A stretch of DNA of 64,000 nt from a bacterium (GCA_043800725.1 JAZDMR010000009.1:26662-90661), one strand, 5' to 3'; positions 49,961-58,593 are shown, counted from the first letter of the stretch. Made by a program: numbers and translations. Notes: generated by a model not told the origin, from the sequence alone.

Positions 49961-50322
49961 GACAAGCCTCCTTGTTTAGTTGTCGATGAACGGTTTTAGT
50001 TTCTTTGCTTGCATCATGCGCTAACTGTTATCGAATAACTAAGGAAGAAATAACGAAAAATCCCCCTTTCTGCCTTATTGGGCACTATCGTGAGGGATTT
50101 ATTTCAGAACTACGCGGACTATTAACCAGTTGAATTGGTCTCTATCGTTGAAACAAATTAATAGTTATTTTGTAAATTATCTTGGTTTTATTGATATTTC
50201 AATGGATTATTAATAGCTAATTGAAATTATTTACTTATTCAATTTGTTAATAACCATTTGGAAAAACATGTAAAAAACGAAAAATGGTCATTTTCCGCCA
50301 ATTTTTAAATATACTGCAGTTT

Positions 50323-52176
50323 TTATATCCTTCGAACTAGAAAATATACCTCAAATTGGGGCGATTCCATTTTAATAGTATATTTTCTGATTGGACCCTG
50401 TAAATTTATTGGCAAGGACTGTTGAAGCTTTGTTTTAATCGCTTTCTGCAGCGGAGTAATAATTTTACTTTGCAGCTCATTACGGTCAGCCGTATAGGAA
50501 CAAACCGGAAGGCTGGTTTTATCAAGACTTTCATTTAAATGATCTGCCATGACTTTAAATATTTTTATAGTCGCTATGGCCGACTTCAGTTCTTTGGAAT
50601 CCAGGTGGTGTCCGTGAATCAATATGCTTTTTGTCGTCAGGTCAAAAAATAACGGGAAGGTATCACGTTTACCCTCAAACTGCTCCATTGTCATGGTCAA
50701 AGATGTTTTACCGGTTTTGGAAAACATATCCAAAACCACACTGCCTTTTGAGATAAAATTCGAATAGACATCTTGACTGAGCATCTGCTCGACGATTACT
50801 CCTTTTTCCTCAAAACCGTCGCGACTTGAAGAATAATCAAGATTGATTGTTTCTTTAATCGTACGGCGTAATCCAATAATTATTTTATTTAATTCCCTGA
50901 TTCCGTCTCTCCCCGGGACGACCACTACGATATCTCCGCCACGCCCTGCTCCGGTCATTTTCACTCCCGCATCAGAAAAACCGTATTTTGTTCGAAGACT
51001 GTCTTTTATTATATGGGTTATTCGATTATTTGTCGGGGAAGTACGCCGTAGAATGCGCAATGATTTTTGAAACGAATTTATTGATTGGCATAGACTAGTT
51101 ACTGATCGTTCTGAACCACCCATTTCGAAAAGTTCTTTTAGCGCTAACAATACAAATAACGTTAAAGTCGCATTAGTGCCCAATAAACTCTTATGCAATC
51201 CCTCCCAACCTTCAGTCAGACATTGTTGATAAAATATTGGACTAAAAACATTCTGATTTTCACTTAAAAAGTTGAATGACTTTTTTATGGTTTTATCAAT
51301 TTCCATTAAGTTATTATCAATTTCTCGAATCGACTTCGCTGAACGTCCTCCACCTCGTTCACCTGAAAAAACCAGAAATATTTCCAGCGGCCAGGTCGAA
51401 TCATGAGGGATTTTAAATAGTTCGTCTAGTTTAATTCCGCCATAAAAAAGACGGTCCAATAAATTATAGTTTTCATCGATGTTTAAAGGCACCCGAACGT
51501 CTCCGGGCGTAGCCAGATAACCTGCACGTTTTTCCGAATAATAAATAATCGGATAAATTGATCCGATAAACGATAGAAAGCTCGCACCGCCTGAAGAAAT
51601 TCCGTCATGGAGCAGCGAGGATATTTTCCAGGAAAATCGCTGAGCCCGATCAAATGAGCGTATCTGAGAAAGTAAATATGTAGGCTTTAAAGACCATTTA
51701 TCAATATCTGATAATAAAATTCTGCCAATATGCAATTGCAAAGCTACGGACAAAGCAGACGCAAACGATCCCGAGGCGCCCATCCCGTTTCCTGGCGGTA
51801 CTTCGCAAATAGAGTGAATACGCAAGCTTTGAAAATCCGGTCGACCCAACCACTGTTCTACCCGACTTCGCAGGTACCGTTCCAAATTTTTTCGATGTAT
51901 CTGATCCATCTGCGCGATAAAATTATCACGCGATGGAATATACATTTTATCGATTATTTCTATCTTGCCCTTCGACTTCAAATATTCCAGACCAACATAA
52001 GCGCGTAGCGGCAGATTTTGTCCGATTAAGGGACTGCCGATATATGCACCGTATTCGCCTGCCCAGAAAAACTTTACCGGTGTGGAAACAACGATAAAAC
52101 AGCTTGAGTAGAGATTTTGGTAAATCTCTTTATGTCTCTGTTTTATACTTTTTGAGTTGTTGATCCGCTCAGCCAT
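50323..52176 (-). CDS. GHMP-kinase-superfamily protein with C-terminal extension (putative winged helix)
   Basis: TPVKFFWAGEY (motif 1), PPGNGMGASG (motif 2), KMTGAGRGG (motif 3); about 140 extra C-terminal residues. Confidence 0.8.
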   Translation of the reverse strand: MAERINNSKSIKQRHKEIYQNLYSSCFIVVSTPVKFFWAGEYGAYIGSPLIGQNLPLRAYVGLEYLKSKGKIEIIDKMYIPSRDNFIAQMDQIHRKNLERYLRSRVEQWLGRPDFQSLRIHSICEVPPGNGMGASGSFASALSVALQLHIGRILLSDIDKWSLKPTYLLSQIRSFDRAQRFSWKISSLLHDGISSGGASFLSFIGSIYPIIYYSEKRAGYLATPGDVRVPLNIDENYNLLDRLFYGGIKLDELFKIPHDSTWPLEIFLVFSGERGGGRSAKSIREIDNNLMEIDKTIKKSFNFLSENQNVFSPIFYQQCLTEGWEGLHKSLLGTNATLTLFVLLALKELFEMGGSERSVTSLCQSINSFQKSLRILRRTSPTNNRITHIIKDSLRTKYGFSDAGVKMTGAGRGGDIVVVVPGRDGIRELNKIIIGLRRTIKETINLDYSSSRDGFEEKGVIVEQMLSQDVYSNFISKGSVVLDMFSKTGKTSLTMTMEQFEGKRDTFPLFFDLTTKSILIHGHHLDSKELKSAIATIKIFKVMADHLNESLDKTSLPVCSYTADRNELQSKIITPLQKAIKTKLQQSLPINLQGPIRKYTIKMESPQFEVYFLVRRI

Positions 52177-52286
52177 AAGGCGTTGGATTACCTAGCAATA
52201 TATATTATTTTATATATAAAAGCAAGGAGTGGTAATAAAATTTGCTCATTTGCAAATTATCATCTAAAAAAGCTGCCTGTTTTTGT

Positions 52287-53699
52287 TTATTTATCTGAAC
52301 CGTGCTTTTTTCTTAGTTGATTCATTATCTTGATAATTTCCTTACTAACCCTTACTGGATATTCATACTTTTTGTTAATCTCTTTAAGGCTATCTGGCAA
52401 GGTGCTGATTTGCTGGCTAGCGTATTTACGTAAAGTATCAAGATTAGGCAGCTTTTTGGTTAGACGGCCTTTGGTCATTACTTTTTTCAGCATGAGTTTG
52501 CCGAGCTTTTCTGTTTCTAGGCCGATAATGTCTTTATGAACTTTATTTTTTTTGTAAACGCGAAAAACCTGCTTGCGTCCCGGATAGCTTTCTTTGCCAG
52601 GGGTTAACTTTGCTTTGTATTGCACTTGTCCTTTTTGACGAATCTCCGCCAGCTTCAAAACCACTTCAAGTTTGGGTTGATCTGAAGAGGTCACTCCCTC
52701 AGTGGCTATTACAACCATATCTATAGGTGCGTTGTGCTTGGCTAATATGGCAATCTTATACTCTTCAAAATTTCCAGCCATAGTAATTTTTACTTTTTTC
52801 AGTCCGGCTTTATCCAGCTCTTTTCGCACAAAGCGCGCCTGCCTGATAAAATCGTACACATCCTTGCCGCTATCAATGACAACTCCCTCCACTGCTGATT
52901 TACCATTTTCTTTTGCCACGATAATGGCATTCTTAATTCCTTGTTTGATATTATATGTGTCAATCATTAAATCCAGCTTGTCAAAAACACTGGCTGCAGC
53001 GCGCATGGCTACCAATTCGCTTGGAAAAGATTTTATAAAAGCATGATAGGTTTTTGAGCTGACCCTGGAAGACGGCAGATTAAACTTCCTGGCAAAACTG
53101 GGAACCAAGGCCGAAGGCGAACCTAAAATATATGCGGACCGACCGTACTTCAAAGCAGACTCAAACGAGTGGGCTCTGGTAACCGGGCAGGTTATTGCGC
53201 TGAATTTTTCCTGGCTGGCCAGCACGCTCCGAACAATCTTGGATAACGACATTGTATTATAAGTCAGCGCGTTGATTAGAAAAAAGGTGAACAAGTTAAT
53301 CTGCCAAATCGGGCCGTCCAGACGCAATACCGGCTCCTGTTGGAACAGAAGACTGCCCTCAGGCATAGCATAGATATCGCCAGAGAATTTAAATTTTCTC
53401 ATCAGCTTGGCCATTTTGGGAGTGATAATTCCCCGCTTAAGCAAGTAATCAACTTCATCTTTGGTATATTTCCAAGCGCGGATACTTTCCAGAATTTCCT
53501 CCAGTCCGCCAAACAATAAAAAATTCCTTTGATCGGGCAAATCACGCACTACTAGATCATAAGTAGCTGTAATGTTTTCCATGCCCAACTCCACCCACAT
53601 AGAAGACACAATAAAAATTTGATTGTAGTCAAATAAGTGTTGATCTTGGGGAAGGAAAAAGTGGTTTAGTAATCCTGGGGAGCCTTTTTCATTTTTCAT
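52287..53699 (-). CDS. divergent nicotinate phosphoribosyltransferase-like protein
   Basis: R.LP..RNFL..GGLE, FSGDIYAMPEG, IDTY, IDSG, PGRKQVFR match the PncB fold; several usual active-site motifs altered. Confidence 0.85.
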   Translation of the reverse strand: MKNEKGSPGLLNHFFLPQDQHLFDYNQIFIVSSMWVELGMENITATYDLVVRDLPDQRNFLLFGGLEEILESIRAWKYTKDEVDYLLKRGIITPKMAKLMRKFKFSGDIYAMPEGSLLFQQEPVLRLDGPIWQINLFTFFLINALTYNTMSLSKIVRSVLASQEKFSAITCPVTRAHSFESALKYGRSAYILGSPSALVPSFARKFNLPSSRVSSKTYHAFIKSFPSELVAMRAAASVFDKLDLMIDTYNIKQGIKNAIIVAKENGKSAVEGVVIDSGKDVYDFIRQARFVRKELDKAGLKKVKITMAGNFEEYKIAILAKHNAPIDMVVIATEGVTSSDQPKLEVVLKLAEIRQKGQVQYKAKLTPGKESYPGRKQVFRVYKKNKVHKDIIGLETEKLGKLMLKKVMTKGRLTKKLPNLDTLRKYASQQISTLPDSLKEINKKYEYPVRVSKEIIKIMNQLRKKHGSDK

Positions 53700-53855
53700 A
53701 CTATTATCATACTGTTAAAAATGACCAAATGCAAATAACTGTCAAAAAACCATGGGTCCTGAATATACTTAATTATTCCGTCCGATTAAAACTCTAAAAA
53801 TTCGTACCAAAAACGATAATTATCAGTGAATCAACGCCCGAGGTGCGCGATAATA

Positions 53856-53893
53856 TGCTCTCCCGCACCGCCCCTGTGAAAGAGAACAAACTA
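53856..53893. repeat. 38-bp direct repeat/hairpin, copy 1
   Basis: 34/38 identical to 55180-55217; includes the TAG stop of the adjacent gene. Confidence 0.85.
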
Positions 53894-54094
53894 GTCGTTT
53901 TCTTCAATCACTTTTTCAATAACAATATAAACAATTATCAACACAGAAGTTGGTAGTATAAGTGCTATCCAAATATTTTGATTTTTAATAATGTCAAAAT
54001 AATATAGAGAAATCAAAATACTCACAGCAAGTACTCTTAATATTGCTTTTGTAATATTTGGTCTTATATTCATAATAATTCTGATAAATTCCAT
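53891..54094 (-). CDS. small 2-TM protein (candidate immunity protein)
   Basis: 67 aa hydrophobic; MEFIRI.MN start shared with 55215-55328. Confidence 0.65.
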   Translation of the reverse strand: MEFIRIIMNIRPNITKAILRVLAVSILISLYYFDIIKNQNIWIALILPTSVLIIVYIVIEKVIEEND

Positions 54095-54100
54095 AAATCT

Positions 54101-54367
54101 TTATTTGTTGGTCTTTAGCATCGCTCTCTCAGTAATAATAAATATTACTACCAAAATCACTAACGGAGCCCCAACATCAAACAATGGATTATTAAATTTA
54201 ACTAAATCGCTATTTACCCACAAAGATAAAATATATGCAGATACGATCCTAACTGAATATACTCGAACAGAATATCTTTTACTTATTTTATTTTTTAACA
54301 AATACACAAAAAACAATACTATAACGACTGCAGCTGTCAGAATTAAAAATGATGTTTGATTATTCAT
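54101..54367 (-). CDS. small 3-TM protein (candidate immunity protein)
   Basis: 88 aa, hydrophobic and basic, directly downstream of the Cys-rich lipoprotein. Confidence 0.65.
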   Translation of the reverse strand: MNNQTSFLILTAAVVIVLFFVYLLKNKISKRYSVRVYSVRIVSAYILSLWVNSDLVKFNNPLFDVGAPLVILVVIFIITERAMLKTNK

Positions 54368-54464
54368 AAATTTAATGATAAATAGTAACTATATAAGGAT
54401 AAGTTTTTTTAGAAGAATGCGAAGATAACAGTGGCTACCTTCGCATTCTTCATTAAACCACATC

Positions 54465-55076
54465 TTAAGGACACGTTAGCCATACACCTCCGACCCAGGT
54501 AGCGTTGATGCAGAAGCCACCGCAATTGCTATTTAGATATCCGGCCCAGTAAGCGTAGGCATGCATTATCGCACCCGATATCCAATTTAAGGACGATATC
54601 CAAGCCGAAATATTCATCAGATGGATGGTGTACTCTGCGTCACCACCAGCGTAACAGCACTTCCTGCCCCACCATCGTGTCCAACAGCCACTCCAGAGCG
54701 CTGCTTTTTCAGACAAGATCTGCTCGTTGCCGATATCAATCGATTCCATCAGCTCAAGGATCACCTTGGAATCGGGATTGTCCTCGTCAGACAAAGCCAG
54801 TTGTTGAACGAGTTCAGATCGATCGTTGCTCAAACTTCCCAGAAATGCTTCCTGATCAAAGACATAAGTGCCATCTTCGCTCTGCGTAACAAAGGAGTCC
54901 ATCTGGTCGATCCAGTACTGGTAAAGTTCAGCTTCCTGCTCTAATGCAGTGAAGTCATCGGTCGTATCTTCTTGCTGAGTCGTTTCTTGCTCGGTCGGCA
55001 TGTTTTCGCTACAGGCCGGAAGAAACATCGCCAGCATGAAGAAAGCGAGCGTAGTCCAGACTGTTGTACGAGTCAT
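54465..55076 (-). CDS. putative lipoprotein with acidic pro-region and Trp/Cys-rich C-terminal domain (bacteriocin-precursor-like)
   Basis: Lipobox LPAC; SD AAGGAG; C-terminal ~80 aa with 6 Cys and many Trp. Confidence 0.75.
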   Translation of the reverse strand: MTRTTVWTTLAFFMLAMFLPACSENMPTEQETTQQEDTTDDFTALEQEAELYQYWIDQMDSFVTQSEDGTYVFDQEAFLGSLSNDRSELVQQLALSDEDNPDSKVILELMESIDIGNEQILSEKAALWSGCWTRWWGRKCCYAGGDAEYTIHLMNISAWISSLNWISGAIMHAYAYWAGYLNSNCGGFCINATWVGGVWLTCP

Positions 55077-55179
55077 GGTTACTTCTCCTTTTCAAAGAAC
55101 AATATGGAGTGTGGGGAGAATATTTCTCTCCCCTTTTCTGATCCTTTTTTTAATAAGAATCAGGGAGTTACAGTGTTTC

Positions 55180-55217
55180 TGCTCTCCCGCACCGCCCCTG
55201 CGGGAGAGAATAAACTA
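55180..55217. repeat. 38-bp direct repeat/hairpin, copy 2
   Basis: Hairpin CTCTCCCGCA-N7-TGCGGGAGAG; matches 53856-53893. Confidence 0.85.
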
Positions 55218-55328
55218 TTTACAATAAGTTGCTAGAGTAATTACAATTCCAATAAAAATAAATACATAAAATTCATACATAATATGCCGGTGATATTTCA
55301 TATTCATCATGATTCGTATAAATTCCAT
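55215..55328 (-). CDS. 37-aa single-TM peptide, paralog/remnant of 53891-54094 (absent from ORF track)
   Basis: MEFIRIMMNMKYHRHIMYEFYVFIFIGIVITLATYCK*. Confidence 0.55.
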   Translation of the reverse strand: MEFIRIMMNMKYHRHIMYEFYVFIFIGIVITLATYCK

Positions 55329-55364
55329 TATGGTAAACTTGCAATGAAAATAGTCTATATATAC

Positions 55365-55766
55365 TTATTTAATAGCGATACTGTCCTCCGTCTCACCGAT
55401 CCTATAAATATATTCACCTATATCATGAAAAGTATATGAATAACTGTTATTTGGTTTGATTGTATAATCTTCGTCTTGAGTGATAAAATCAGCACTAAAC
55501 GTGACATCGCGATCAGTTAAGTTATTCCAAATAAAAGTATTTGGGTTCGTACAGTTTCCTCGATAGAGAATAAATCCCGATAATGAAACACCCTCTTTAT
55601 TATAGACTTCGGAGTTTTTATATTCTTCAGAATTAAATACTTTATAGTCAATAGTAAACTGCTCTGTTGCTGAGCAAGATCCGCCATCAAAAATTAATAG
55701 TCCAACAATTACTCCAATTATAAGGACGCTTATTGGTAGACCTAGTTTTATAATTCTAGATTTCAT
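55365..55766 (-). CDS. hypothetical exported protein, cupredoxin-like C-terminal pattern without obvious Cu ligands
   Basis: N-terminal TM; W.N...IKPNNSYSYTF...GEY.Y. Confidence 0.65.
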   Translation of the reverse strand: MKSRIIKLGLPISVLIIGVIVGLLIFDGGSCSATEQFTIDYKVFNSEEYKNSEVYNKEGVSLSGFILYRGNCTNPNTFIWNNLTDRDVTFSADFITQDEDYTIKPNNSYSYTFHDIGEYIYRIGETEDSIAIK

Positions 55767-55851
55767 AATATCCTTATAAATTAATTGGATGTTTTGTATG
55801 CAGTTTATTTAGCAACTCATCATTCCGTTTTTATCAGCTTAATAACTAATA

Positions 55852-56006
55852 AAGAGAATATCCTAACTGGACAGCCTCTCGACCACCCGATTTAAGAAGC
55901 TTAATGGCAGACAAATTTTGGTGGCGATCAAAAATTAATGGACCATTAAACCCCTAAACAAATCGAGTGGGCGAGAAGCCTGAACCGAATGGTTCATACC
56001 TCTCTC
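55852..56006 (-). ncRNA. candidate rod-shaped structured RNA
   Basis: Nested stems of 20/21 and 13/13 bp with six G-U pairs that form only on the minus strand; no ORF. Confidence 0.55.
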
Positions 56007-56033
56007 AAGGAAATGAAAAGAACAGCCAGCTAC

Positions 56034-56444
56034 TTACGCTGTTACCGGGATTTCTTCCATGCTAAGCTCTTCCTTGGGAAGCTCAGTCGGATCTTTTTTG
56101 TCTTGGTTCGAAGTTCGATGGCCTAACATAATCAGGTTTTCGGCAACTATTTCAACTTTACGTTGCTTTTTTCCTTGTTTGTCCTGCCATTCTCGTCTGT
56201 GTAATCTGCCTTCGATATACACTTTGCTGCCTTTTTTTACGTAGGTATTGATAATCTCTGATAGTTTTCCCCAGGCTACAATACTGTGAAATTCAGTATT
56301 TTCCTTTCTTGCTTTTGTTTTAATATCCTGCCAGCTATAATTGGTAGCTAGGTCGAAGCTACTAACACTCTGCCCAGAAGGCAGTTTTTTGGCTTGCGGA
56401 TCTCTTGTGAGATTGCCGATGAGCGTGACTTTGTTCACGTCCAT
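56034..56444 (-). CDS. ssb: single-stranded DNA-binding protein (short form)
   Basis: NKVTLIGNLTRDP, TEFH.IVAWGKL, KGSKVYIEGRL. Confidence 0.95.
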   Translation of the reverse strand: MDVNKVTLIGNLTRDPQAKKLPSGQSVSSFDLATNYSWQDIKTKARKENTEFHSIVAWGKLSEIINTYVKKGSKVYIEGRLHRREWQDKQGKKQRKVEIVAENLIMLGHRTSNQDKKDPTELPKEELSMEEIPVTA

Positions 56445-56621
56445 TTTTTTCTCCTTATGCCACCAATCTTGTCGTATTAATGCTTTTCCACAGTGCGCCG
56501 CGACGGCTCTTTTTTGCGACGGCTACGATTATTTAAATTTCTTTTAGCTTTATTTTATTAACTTTCTAATGATCATTATGTGCGCCGTCGCCTATTTTCT
56601 ACGACGGCTCTTTATATACCA

Positions 56622-56650
56622 ATTCTAACTCTGACCTAATTTTAAGTCAA
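56622..56650 (-). promoter_or_regulatory. sigma70-type promoter of ssb
   Basis: TTGACT-N17-TAGAAT. Confidence 0.7.
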
Positions 56651-56670
56651 GGTTGTTTTTAATATTTAAA

Positions 56671-58539
56671 TTATTGTGTTTCTATTTTTACCTTTTCTAG
56701 GTCTGGCTGCAGTGACTCCCCCACCAAGGCTTTGATCCTGCGAATGCCGGAGCTGGATGACTCTTCCTTTTTAATCTTAAATGATCCAATCAAACTGGTG
56801 TGTGTGACATGAGGCCCACCACAAAATTCTTTACTAAAAGCCTTTTTAGCATCTTCTGAACCAATAAAATATAAGGATACTTTATCGCCGTATTTCTCTT
56901 CAAATAAACCCATGGCTCCCAGAGCATTCGCTTCATCTAAAGTCATCATCTTTTTGAATACCGGCAGGTCTTCCTGTATCTTTTGATTTACAATTTCTTC
57001 TACTTGCTTTATTTGCTTTTCGTTCATTTTCTGGTCATGATTAAAATCAAACCTTACTCGATCGGCAGTGATATTGCTGCCCTTTTGCAATACATGATCG
57101 CCTAAAACTTGCCTAAGGGCCGCCTGTAATAAATGGGTAGCCGTATGGCCTCTGATGGTATTGGGTTCATGGTCTGCTAAGCCTCCGTGGAACATTGCTT
57201 TGGGCTGCTGGGATCTCGAAACTTCCTGGTGCCGGTCAAATTCTTTTTTAAACTCTGCTTCGTCAAACTCATATCCCTCCTGCCTAATCCGTTCAGGCGA
57301 GAAGCCATAGGTAGTATATAATCGAAACGCTTCCTGGGCGGTAATACTCCTGGAGGAGGGTTTGCTTTCCTCAATCTTTTCCTTTTTTCCGCTCAACTGC
57401 TTTTTTACCTTATTATAAACAATGGTGATATCCGCTTTGAGCACTCTTTGATAAATATCAAGTTCCTTTGCAATTTCTCGAACAATACCTGGGGTGTTTT
57501 CCGATAATTCAGGGTAAGATTTCTGATAAACGTCTGCTATGGTTTTAACAATGGGTGCAAAATCAATATCCATACTTTCATATTGATCTATGGCCCGCCG
57601 GACTATTCTTCTCAAGACATAACCCTGCTGTTTATTGCTAAAATTCACTCCATCATTGATTAAAAAAACTGCGGCGCGCAAATGATCAGCCACGATTCTT
57701 AATCTTTTTATATTTTCTGAAGAGCTTTCAAGCTGACCATAGTTGTCATCCTTATTCAATATTTCAAGTATTGGTGAAAATAAATCCGTCTCAAAGATGT
57801 TGGTCCTTTTTTGAGCTGCCAAGGCGATTCTCTCAAGACCCATTCCGGTATCAATATTTTTTGTTTCCAGCAGCCTGAAGTGTCCTTGAGAGTTTTTTTC
57901 GTATTCGGTAAACACGAGATTCCAAACTTCAACAAAACGATTGCATTGGCAATTGGGCAGGCATTTAAAGCCAAGATCGCAGGGCTGATTGGTTATATCA
58001 AAATGCACTTCACTGGATGGTCCGCATGAGCCTGTCTTGCCGGGCGGTCCCCACCAATTATCCTCTCTGCCAAACCCTAAAATTCGTTTTTTGGGCAAAT
58101 ACTTTTCCCAAAGTCCGGCCGCTTCGATATCTTTTTTAATAAGTTTATCGCCCTCGTAATAAGTAGCCCATAATCGGTCTTTGTCCAGATGGTATGTCTT
58201 GGTAAGCAGCTCCCAGGCAAAATCAATTGTTTCTTTTTTGAAATAATCTGCTATAGCGAAATTACCCAGCATTTCAAAAAAGGTGTTATGAGTTTGATCG
58301 CCAACATAATCAATATCTGAGGTACGGAAGCTTTTCTGGACTGAGACTAACCGCGATGCGCCAAAATCTTTTTTTGGATCTTTTTTGCCTAAAAAATACG
58401 GTTTAAACTGCTGCATGCCGGCTGTAGTTAATAAAACCGACGGGTCATTGTCTGGAATCAGCGAAGAAGAAGGCACTTCTACGTGTCCTTGCTTTTTAAA
58501 ATATTTAATAAATTCCTGTTTAATCTTGTATGAATCCAT
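56671..58539 (-). CDS. alaS: alanine--tRNA ligase (short, no C-Ala domain)
   Basis: TTAGMQ, FFEMLGNF, IDTGMGLER, HTATHLL, EFCGGPHV. Confidence 0.96.
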   Translation of the reverse strand: MDSYKIKQEFIKYFKKQGHVEVPSSSLIPDNDPSVLLTTAGMQQFKPYFLGKKDPKKDFGASRLVSVQKSFRTSDIDYVGDQTHNTFFEMLGNFAIADYFKKETIDFAWELLTKTYHLDKDRLWATYYEGDKLIKKDIEAAGLWEKYLPKKRILGFGREDNWWGPPGKTGSCGPSSEVHFDITNQPCDLGFKCLPNCQCNRFVEVWNLVFTEYEKNSQGHFRLLETKNIDTGMGLERIALAAQKRTNIFETDLFSPILEILNKDDNYGQLESSSENIKRLRIVADHLRAAVFLINDGVNFSNKQQGYVLRRIVRRAIDQYESMDIDFAPIVKTIADVYQKSYPELSENTPGIVREIAKELDIYQRVLKADITIVYNKVKKQLSGKKEKIEESKPSSRSITAQEAFRLYTTYGFSPERIRQEGYEFDEAEFKKEFDRHQEVSRSQQPKAMFHGGLADHEPNTIRGHTATHLLQAALRQVLGDHVLQKGSNITADRVRFDFNHDQKMNEKQIKQVEEIVNQKIQEDLPVFKKMMTLDEANALGAMGLFEEKYGDKVSLYFIGSEDAKKAFSKEFCGGPHVTHTSLIGSFKIKKEESSSSGIRRIKALVGESLQPDLEKVKIETQ

Positions 58540-58593
58540 GCAATTTTTAGTTCAAGCTACTTTTTTATACACATTCAATGGCGAAATATCAAA

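Noticed and set aside
47600-55800. Prophage, retron or DGR explanation for the island
   Set aside because: No phage structural, integrase or reverse transcriptase gene, and repeat mismatches are not confined to adenines.
56671-58539. Truncated alaS as a pseudogene
   Set aside because: Catalytic and editing motifs are intact; short AlaRS without C-Ala is a known form in reduced genomes.
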